Origin: Clostridia bacterium
Lineage (GTDB): Bacteria > Bacillota > Clostridia > Oscillospirales > CAG-272
NCBI GenBank assembly: GCA_017556685.1
Contig: JAFYMH010000018.1
Coordinates: 1-40,023, forward strand
DNA length: 40,023 nt
Direction: 5' to 3'
The position numbers and the translations under genes are program-made. Below the pieces are notes generated by a model. The model saw nothing but the letters and a program-made list of their open reading frames with translations, searched no databases and was not told the origin of the DNA. This document shows positions 6,694-12,769 of the stretch, piece by piece (position 1 is the first letter of the stretch; each line of letters begins with the position of its first letter).

Positions 6694-6924
6694 AGGGGCT
6701 GCTTCCTTTCGGCATAACCGAACGAAAAAGAAAGAAAATAGGTGCTGCGCATAGGCGTAGCACCTGTTTTTTTCTTTACGTATCCTGTTTTTTGAGCTTG
6801 AAAACCTTACGGTTTTCTCCTTTTTATCGTTTTTCGTTCTATCGCCGTTCTCTCCCTCTCGTCGTATGTAAATACGCCTTCGGGTCGAGAAACGACGATT
6901 TCTGCTCGAAATCAAGCGAGCCCC
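6694..6924. repeat. Left copy of an approximately 230-bp inverted repeat flanking the 6937-8379 cassette
   Basis: By hand alignment it is the reverse complement of 8491-8719. The outer 36 nt, a 50-nt core (6800-6849) and the inner 32 nt are identical. A central block of about 42 nt has diverged. Confidence 0.9.
6740..6773 (+). terminator. Terminator inside the left repeat (serves the upstream lipoprotein gene; palindromic, probably bidirectional)
   Basis: AGGTGCTGCGC-ATAG-GCGTAGCACCT followed by T7. An A/T-rich run lies on the other side. Confidence 0.75.
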
Positions 6925-6936
6925 AAAGGGGCTGCA

Positions 6937-7806
6937 TCAAAGCGGAAAAATCAAATCCGCCGTCTCGAGGTCTTGCCGAAAGAGATGCGCCTCGCGACGC
7001 GTTCGGCAGGTATCGGTTGTAAAATGGTAAACGCCTGCCGAGAGATCCATGCACGCCGTATAGCGCGTTGAGATCAGACGTCCTCCGAGCCCCCTTGCGC
7101 ATCCGCACGGCACAGCGACTGCGTCCATCAGAGAAAAGCACCTATCGGGGGTCGCGATCTCTTTTGCGTTCTTTGCAACGTACGCCATTCGCACGAAGCG
7201 AGAGGGCGAGGAAAAATCCCCCGGCAGCCCTTCGGCGCCGTTGTCCGAGAGCACCCGAAGCGCGGGATTTTTGATCTGCTCGGCATAGCTTGGCGAGTTG
7301 GTGAGCACGCCGTACGTTGCATCAAAAACCGAAAGTCCCATCTCCAGCGGCTCAATGGCAAGCGATTCTTTCCCATCCGAGAGAAGCCAATGCAGGGGCG
7401 TTGTCGAAAGCGCCCCTGAAACGGAATCGTCTGTAATCACAACAGATGAGAGCAGCTCCCTTGCCTCCCCGATGCTTCGGCATCTGCCGAGCAACCATGG
7501 GATCAGCTCGAACGAGGCAACGCAAGTCCTGCCGGGCTCTGCCCTTTGGTAAACGGCCTCGCCCGCGAAGCGAAGCGCCGCCATCGCAAGACCGCATTCG
7601 TTCATCGCATCGTAGTAGAGCGGCAAGCCCCCGTGAAGATGTGCCATGCCAAGCATGGACAGACTCTCGCGCCGCTCTCCCCCGTACAGAAAGCGCCATC
7701 GGAAAAGCCTTGGGGCGAGCACGGCAGTCTCGCCGTACGGCTCCTCGATATCAAGCGTTCTGCAGAACCATCGTTTTCCGCGGTCAAGCGCAAGTGCAGT
7801 ACACAT
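6937..7806 (-). CDS. Choloylglycine hydrolase family protein (Ntn hydrolase, bile-salt hydrolase / penicillin V acylase type)
   Basis: True start is MCTALAL (ATG at 7806, SD GAGGGGG upstream), giving the Cys2 nucleophile typical of the family. Motifs GVLTNSPSY and GDFSSPSRF are present. The 412-aa track ORF carries a spurious N-terminal extension. Confidence 0.85.
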   Translation of the reverse strand: MCTALALDRGKRWFCRTLDIEEPYGETAVLAPRLFRWRFLYGGERRESLSMLGMAHLHGGLPLYYDAMNECGLAMAALRFAGEAVYQRAEPGRTCVASFELIPWLLGRCRSIGEARELLSSVVITDDSVSGALSTTPLHWLLSDGKESLAIEPLEMGLSVFDATYGVLTNSPSYAEQIKNPALRVLSDNGAEGLPGDFSSPSRFVRMAYVAKNAKEIATPDRCFSLMDAVAVPCGCARGLGGRLISTRYTACMDLSAGVYHFTTDTCRTRREAHLFRQDLETADLIFPL

Positions 7807-7944
7807 AAATCCCCCTCGCCTTTCGTTTTCCATATCCTTGCCCGATGCCGCCGCATTCATGCGCGGCATTTTTTCTTTTTTCCGAATGAAGCGAAGGCTC
7901 GGGCGGCATGCTAAGGGTATCAAAGAAAAAGGAAGGATCAAACG

Positions 7945-8379
7945 ATGATAGAACCCGATACGATAAAGCTGCTGCGTGAATGCGATGCGGGCGTGAAGAT
8001 GGGGATCGCCTCGATCACCGACGTCGTCGGTCACGTCACCTCCGAGGAGCTTCGCCGTCTGCTCACCGACTCGCGCACCGATCACGAGACGATCGAGAGC
8101 GAGCTTCGCTCTCTGCTCGACCGCTACGGCGACGACGGCAAGGCCCCGAGCGCGATCGCCAAGGGGATGTCGCATATGAAGACCGAGATGAAGCTGGCAA
8201 TGGATGAATCCGACAGCACGGTCGCATCCCTTATGACCGACGGCTGTGACATGGGCGTCAAATCCCTCTCCCGCTATCTGAACCAGTACAAGGCGGCAGA
8301 GGAGGATGCAAAGGATATTGCAAAGCGCCTGATCTCGATCGAGGATCGGCTTGGCAGTGATCTGCGCGCTTTTCTATAA
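7945..8379 (+). CDS. Hypothetical all-helical protein (144 aa), possibly a four-helix bundle with internal duplication
   Basis: RBS AAAGGAAGGA. Two similar segments, ECDAGVKMGIASI and TDGCDMGVKSLSRY. Family not confidently recognised. Confidence 0.6.
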   Translation: MIEPDTIKLLRECDAGVKMGIASITDVVGHVTSEELRRLLTDSRTDHETIESELRSLLDRYGDDGKAPSAIAKGMSHMKTEMKLAMDESDSTVASLMTDGCDMGVKSLSRYLNQYKAAEEDAKDIAKRLISIEDRLGSDLRAFL

Positions 8380-8397
8380 AGCACTCCGCAAACGAAA

Positions 8398-8488
8398 GGG
8401 ACTGAGTCATTAAGAACTCGGGCGTTATCATCATTTTTGAAATTGAACGAAGCTAAAACGCCGAATTCTTAGTGCGAAGTCCCTTTTT
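8398..8488 (+). terminator. Long imperfect hairpin terminator after the 144-aa gene
   Basis: GGGACTGAGTCATTAAGAACTCGGGCGTT pairs imperfectly with AACGCCGAATTCTTAGTGCGAAGTCCC, followed by T5. Confidence 0.6.
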
Positions 8489-8490
8489 GG

Positions 8491-8719
8491 GGGGCTCGCT
8501 TGATTTCGAGCAGAAATCGTCGGCTGACGAGCGAGAGGCGTACATGCGTACGCCGAGTGAGGAAACGGCGATAGAACGAAAAACGATAAAAAGGAGAAAA
8601 CCGTAAGGTTTTCCACCTTAAAAAACAGCATACGCAAAGAAAAAGACAGGTGCTACGCCTACGCGAAGCACCTATCTTCTTTGTTTTTCGTTCGGTTATG
8701 CCGAAAGGAAGCAGCCCCT
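8491..8719. repeat. Right copy of the approximately 230-bp inverted repeat
   Basis: Reverse complement of 6694-6924. The 50-nt identical core is at 8564-8613. The outer end overlaps the stop codon of the PII-like gene by 2 nt. Confidence 0.9.
8636..8673 (-). terminator. Terminator inside the right repeat (serves the PII-like gene operon)
   Basis: On the minus strand: AGGTGCTTCGC-GTAG-GCGTAGCACCT followed by a T-rich run. Confidence 0.7.
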
Positions 8720-9056
8720 ACTCTGCGGGTTTCTGTTCCCGATCTGCGCGGCCAAGTCCGACCGCGGCATCGACCGGAAGCGAAAAGGCGATTCCCTGCG
8801 CCGGGCTGTCCTGCCCGACCGCGCCGTAGAGCGCGTGCAGGATCGCATCGCGATGCTCGGTCTCGACAAGGATCAGAACCATCTCCTTTTCGGGCTCGAC
8901 CGTGATCCGGAAAAGGCGCTCCGCCTCCTTGCTCGCGGTACCGCGGGCATGGGCAACGGTTCCCCCGCGCGCACCGAATTTTCTTGCGGCATCCATTGCC
9001 GTATCGCTATAGCCTGCATTGAGAATGCAGATGATCAGCTCGTGCCCGTAGGTCAT
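8718..9056 (-). CDS. P-II-like signal transduction protein (112 aa)
   Basis: ELIICILNAGYSDTAMDAARKFGARGGTVAHARGT...PEKEMVLILV...GIAFSLPVD matches the PII-like proteins that accompany DUF1538 genes. Its ATGA overlaps the upstream gene. Confidence 0.7.
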   Translation of the reverse strand: MTYGHELIICILNAGYSDTAMDAARKFGARGGTVAHARGTASKEAERLFRITVEPEKEMVLILVETEHRDAILHALYGAVGQDSPAQGIAFSLPVDAAVGLGRADREQKPAE

Positions 9057-9454
9057 GTCCTGTCTCCCTTCGTTTCAAGATATTTACGGTTGTTGCAAAG
9101 GAACTGATAGACCGCAACGCCGATCGTTGCCGCCATCGGAACCGTAAAGGCAACGCCCTTTCCGTTCTTCAGGGCGTCGAATTTCTCCTCGAGCGCCGAG
9201 AGCACGTCGCCCGCGCGATCCTCTCGCACAACGCCGAAGAGGATCGCCTTTTCGGTCTCGGCAAGACCGAGGAGGCGAAGCATCTGCGCATCCGCCGTTC
9301 CCTTGGCGGCAAGCGCAAGCTCCAGGTTGATCTCAAAGCCCTGCAAAAAGTCAACGTAAAATTCTGCCTTCGCGCGGTTGACGATCAGGCAAAGAAGCTT
9401 AAGCCTCTGCGGTGCGGTCGGCGAGGGCCTGTTTTTCGGTTTCCGTTCTGCCAT
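9053..9454 (-). CDS. P-II-like signal transduction protein with an N-terminal extension
   Basis: LLCLIVNRAKAEFYVDFL...AKGTA...EKAILFGVV...GVAFTVPM. I prefer the ATG at 9454 (AAGGAGGGG upstream); the track start is the GTG at 9460. Confidence 0.65.
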   Translation of the reverse strand: MAERKPKNRPSPTAPQRLKLLCLIVNRAKAEFYVDFLQGFEINLELALAAKGTADAQMLRLLGLAETEKAILFGVVREDRAGDVLSALEEKFDALKNGKGVAFTVPMAATIGVAVYQFLCNNRKYLETKGDRT

Positions 9455-9466
9455 ATTCACCCCTCC

Positions 9467-10993
9467 TTACAGAAAGCTGATGATCTGCTCATCCTCGGCG
9501 TCAAGGATGCGGCGCATCGTGATCCTGTCGCGCACCGCCTTGGTCATCACCGCCTTAAAGCCGAGCAGCTGAATACTGATCAAGGGGGTCATGGCAACCA
9601 TGGCAACGATGCCAAAGCCAAGCGAAAGAACGCTCCCCGAGCCGTGAAGCGCACAGCAGACGCCGACCGAGAACGGCAAAATGAAGCTCGAGGTCAGAGG
9701 ACCGCTTGCAACACCGCCCGAGTCGAAGGCGATCGCGGTATAGATGCCCGGCACGAAAAAGGAAAGCCCAAGCGAGAGGAAATAGCCGGGAATGAGATAG
9801 TACAGGATACTGAAATCAAAGAGAATGCGGAGCATCGACAGGCAAAGCGCGACTCCGACGCCGACCGACAGCGCGATCATCATGGATCTCTTGCTGACCA
9901 TACGGTCGGTAACCTCCTCGACCTGACGGTTGAGGACGTGGATCGCAGGCTCGGCGAGCACGACCACCATGCCGAGAAAGAGCGCAAACAAGGGAAGCGC
10001 CGTCGGGCTTGCCTCGGCGATCTCAAGACCGAGGCGGTATCCGACCGGCATAAATCCGACCGTTACCGAGGCAAGGAAGGCAACGAGCCCAACGAAGGTA
10101 TAAAGGATGCCGACGCCGATCTGAAGAAGCCTCTGCTTCGGCAGGCGGAGCACCGCAAGCTCAAGCACGGCGAAGAACAAAACGATCAGCCCTAGCGCAA
10201 GCCCGACCTCCTTTGCAGTATCAAAAAGGGTATGCAAAAGATTCATCCCGAGCCCGTCGGCGATCGAGTAGGCGGGATCCTCGTAGCCAAGGCTTCCCTT
10301 TGCCGAGGTGGCAAGCAAAAGCACGGCAAGGATCGGCCCGACCGAGCAGAGGGCGATCACGCCGAAGCTGTTTTCTCCAACGTTGCGTCCGCCGATATTC
10401 GAGGCGATACCGACGCCGAGTGCCATGATGAACGGCACCGTGATCGGTCCCGTCGTCACACCGCCTGAGTCGAAGGCGAGCGACAGAAGGTCGCCGTTTC
10501 CCGAGACGAGCACGAGCGCAACGAAGGCAAAGAGAACGAAGTAAAAGAACATCAGCATCGACGAAAGATGCACTTTAAAGAGCATCTTCAGGATCGAAAG
10601 CACAAGGAAGACGCCGACCCCGACCCCGACGGTCACGATCAGAAGCGTTCCGCTCATGACGGCGCCGACCTGCTCGGCAAGCACCGAGAGATCGGGCTCG
10701 GCAACCGTGATCAAAACCCCCATCAGGGCGGAGACCGAAAGCAGGAGCTTGATGCTCCCCGATCGGGTCAGACCCGCGCCGACAAGCTCGCCCATCGGCG
10801 TCATGGCAAGATCCGCGCCGAGGTTAAAAAGCCCGATCCCAAGCACGAGGGCAACGGCGCTGAGAAGGAACACGCCAAGCTCAAGGGAGGTAAGAGAAAC
10901 GAAGGGCGTCAGATAGATGAGAAAAACGATCCCGACGACCGGCAGAACCGACACGAGCGATTCCTTTAGCTTTTTCAGCAGAATCCCGTACAA
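9467..10993 (-). CDS. Polytopic membrane protein with a duplicated DUF1538-type domain
   Basis: 508 aa and highly hydrophobic. An internal duplication carries repeated DSGGVTTGPITVPFI and DSGGVASGPLTSSFILPF motifs. TTG start with GGAGG 6 nt upstream. Confidence 0.7.
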   Translation of the reverse strand: MYGILLKKLKESLVSVLPVVGIVFLIYLTPFVSLTSLELGVFLLSAVALVLGIGLFNLGADLAMTPMGELVGAGLTRSGSIKLLLSVSALMGVLITVAEPDLSVLAEQVGAVMSGTLLIVTVGVGVGVFLVLSILKMLFKVHLSSMLMFFYFVLFAFVALVLVSGNGDLLSLAFDSGGVTTGPITVPFIMALGVGIASNIGGRNVGENSFGVIALCSVGPILAVLLLATSAKGSLGYEDPAYSIADGLGMNLLHTLFDTAKEVGLALGLIVLFFAVLELAVLRLPKQRLLQIGVGILYTFVGLVAFLASVTVGFMPVGYRLGLEIAEASPTALPLFALFLGMVVVLAEPAIHVLNRQVEEVTDRMVSKRSMMIALSVGVGVALCLSMLRILFDFSILYYLIPGYFLSLGLSFFVPGIYTAIAFDSGGVASGPLTSSFILPFSVGVCCALHGSGSVLSLGFGIVAMVAMTPLISIQLLGFKAVMTKAVRDRITMRRILDAEDEQIISFL

Positions 10994-11039
10994 TCTATAC
11001 CTCCGTTTCGCCCGCTTGGCGAGCCTTTCGTTTCTTATC

Positions 11040-11786
11040 TTATCCGAACGCTACGTCCAGAATCATCATCAGGGAAAAGCCGAGCGAGAGCCCGAGCACA
11101 CCAAAGAGATACCCATGTCCTGCCTGCGAGGCGGGGATCAGCTCCCTTGCCGCAACGTAAAGCATCGCACCCGCCGCAAAGGCAAGCAGATACGGGAGCA
11201 GGGGGTAAAGATACGCCGTGAATAAAAGCATCGCGGCGCCTCCGAGCGGCTCGACCGCGCCCGACAAAACGCCCGCTCCAAACGACCGAGGGCGACCCCT
11301 TCCCGCCCCGGCCATCGGCATCGATATGACCGCCCCCTCGGGGAGGTTTTGCAGGGCGATCCCAAGCGAAAGGGTCAGAGCCGAGGCGATAGATACGCCA
11401 TCCGCCCCCTCAAGGAGCGCGGCGTACGCAACGCCGACCGCCATCCCCTCGGGGAGATTATGCAGCGTGACCGAAAAAAAGAGCATCCGTCCCGTCTCAC
11501 CCTCGGGAACGAGAAGATCGAACGCGGACAAAAATGCCATGCCGAAAAGCAGTCCCACCGTTGCGGGGAGCCAGGGGATCCCGCCCACTCGCTCGGTCAT
11601 TTCGATCGCGGGAATGAGAAGCGACCAGACCGACGCCGCGATCATAACGCCCGAGGCAAAGCCGAGCAGAAGCTTTAGGGGCGCCTCGCGGCGCTTTGCT
11701 TGAAAAAGGAAAACGCTCGCCGCTCCAAGCGAGGTTCCGAGGAAGGGGATAAAAAGTCCAAAAAAAGCCAAAAGGGGAAGGGGCAT
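11040..11786 (-). CDS. ZIP-family divalent metal transporter (ZupT-like)
   Basis: Motifs LHNLPEGMAVGV and ALQNLPEGAV. Multiple transmembrane segments. I prefer the ATG at 11786 (MPLPLL); the track start at 11810 is a TTG inside the upstream gene. Confidence 0.8.
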   Translation of the reverse strand: MPLPLLAFFGLFIPFLGTSLGAASVFLFQAKRREAPLKLLLGFASGVMIAASVWSLLIPAIEMTERVGGIPWLPATVGLLFGMAFLSAFDLLVPEGETGRMLFFSVTLHNLPEGMAVGVAYAALLEGADGVSIASALTLSLGIALQNLPEGAVISMPMAGAGRGRPRSFGAGVLSGAVEPLGGAAMLLFTAYLYPLLPYLLAFAAGAMLYVAARELIPASQAGHGYLFGVLGLSLGFSLMMILDVAFG

Positions 11787-11790
11787 CGCT

Positions 11791-12174
11791 TTATCTGCTT
11801 TCCTCCCCAAGGGAAAGAAGATGCTCCTGGATCCTCAAAAAGGTCTCGTCACTGATATCGTGCTCGATCTTGCAGGCGTCGGCAGAGGCAAGCTCGTCGG
11901 GCACGCCGATGCGCCGAAAGAATTCGGTCAGGGTGCGATGCCGCTCGTACACCTTCTGCGCACGCGCCTCCCCCTCGGGGGTCAGCGTGATATAGCCGTC
12001 GCTGTCGACGAGGATCATTTTTCCCTCGCGAAGATTGGCAAGCGCACGGCTGACGCTCGGCTTCGAATAGCCGGTCAGCTTCACAACGTCGATCGCGCGC
12101 ACACCCCCGAGCCTCTGGCGAAGCACAAGGATGTCCTCAAGATACATCTCGCCCGATTCTTGAATCTTACTCAC
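11791..12174 (-). CDS. DtxR/MntR-family metal-dependent transcriptional repressor
   Basis: N-terminus SGEMYLEDILVL...VRAIDVVKLTGYSKPSVSRALANL, then dimerisation/metal-site region YERHRTLTEFF...ACKIEHDIS. GTG start after GAAAAGGAG. Confidence 0.85.
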   Translation of the reverse strand: MSKIQESGEMYLEDILVLRQRLGGVRAIDVVKLTGYSKPSVSRALANLREGKMILVDSDGYITLTPEGEARAQKVYERHRTLTEFFRRIGVPDELASADACKIEHDISDETFLRIQEHLLSLGEESR

Positions 12175-12322
12175 AAAAAAGCTCCTTTTCCCTCTCCCGA
12201 GCGATGCTCGGAAGGATTTTTGGGGGCGGCAGCCGATGCAAGGCCCCTTTTCAGGCTATGCCGTAAAACGAGGATCGGTTCGGCAGAAGGGAATTTTTCC
12301 TCCGCGCGTACTGTACTCCTCC

Positions 12323-12351
12323 ATTATATCATACATTTATCAAAAAAACAA
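12323..12351 (-). promoter_or_regulatory. Candidate promoter for the DtxR-family operon
   Basis: On the minus strand: TTGTTT, 17-nt spacer, TGaTATAAT (extended -10). It leaves a 5-prime UTR of roughly 140 nt. Confidence 0.5.
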
Positions 12352-12418
12352 CCGCCGACCGAAAGGATTTTTCATCTCGGGCTCTTTGTCAAAATCCTTC
12401 GTTTTTTGAAAAAAGCAC

Positions 12419-12447
12419 TTGACAAAACCCGCCTCCGCGAATATAAT
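12419..12447 (+). promoter_or_regulatory. Consensus sigma-A promoter of feoAB
   Basis: TTGACA (12419-12424), 17-nt spacer, TATAAT (12442-12447). Confidence 0.75.
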
Positions 12448-12453
12448 ACTAAT

Positions 12454-12504
12454 GGTTAGCCAATGCTAACCGTATTTACTGCCCGTCGGTTAGCCAAGGC
12501 TAAC
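12454..12504. promoter_or_regulatory. Two palindromic operator candidates (GGTTAGC-N4-GCTAAC) downstream of the feoAB promoter
   Basis: GGTTAGCCAATGCTAACC (12454-12471) and GGTTAGCCAAGGCTAAC (12488-12504). The half-sites resemble the GGTTAG/CTAACC of DtxR/IdeR iron boxes. Confidence 0.6.
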
Positions 12505-12532
12505 TGATATAGACTGCTTGAGGATGGATACT

Positions 12533-12754
12533 GTGAGAACGTTAAAAGAGCTGAAGGTTGGAAAGAAGGCGCGCGTTGTCAAGCTTCACGGCGAGGGTGC
12601 CGTCAGACGGCGCCTGATGGATATGGGTCTGACGCGAGGAACCGAGGTAACGGTCCGCCGCGTGGCACCCTTCGGCGACCCGATCGAGTTGACCCTGCGA
12701 GGCTATGAGCTTTCGCTTCGCCGCGCAGACGCCGAGATGGTCGAGATCGAATAA
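12533..12754 (+). CDS. feoA: Ferrous iron transport protein A
   Basis: LKELKVGKKARVVKL...RRRLMDMGLTRGTEVTV..APFGDPIEL is an FeoA-type SH3-like domain. I prefer the GTG at 12533 (GAGGA 8 nt upstream); the track start is the TTG at 12518. Confidence 0.85.
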   Translation: MRTLKELKVGKKARVVKLHGEGAVRRRLMDMGLTRGTEVTVRRVAPFGDPIELTLRGYELSLRRADAEMVEIE

Positions 12755-12769
12755 GAAGGAGCTCCTCAA

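Noticed and set aside
6792-7022. Small ORFs inside the inverted repeats (6792..7022 + and 8431..8637 -).
   Set aside because: The two copies are not conserved in a common reading frame. They have no RBS and cross terminator hairpins. The nucleotide-level conservation pattern argues for a non-coding function.
6937-8175. The 412-aa version of the hydrolase ORF, which would overlap the 144-aa plus-strand gene.
   Set aside because: The family requires an N-terminal Met-Cys, with Cys as the nucleophile. MCTALAL at 7806 has a good SD. The upstream 123 codons are low-complexity and overlap the divergent gene and promoter region.
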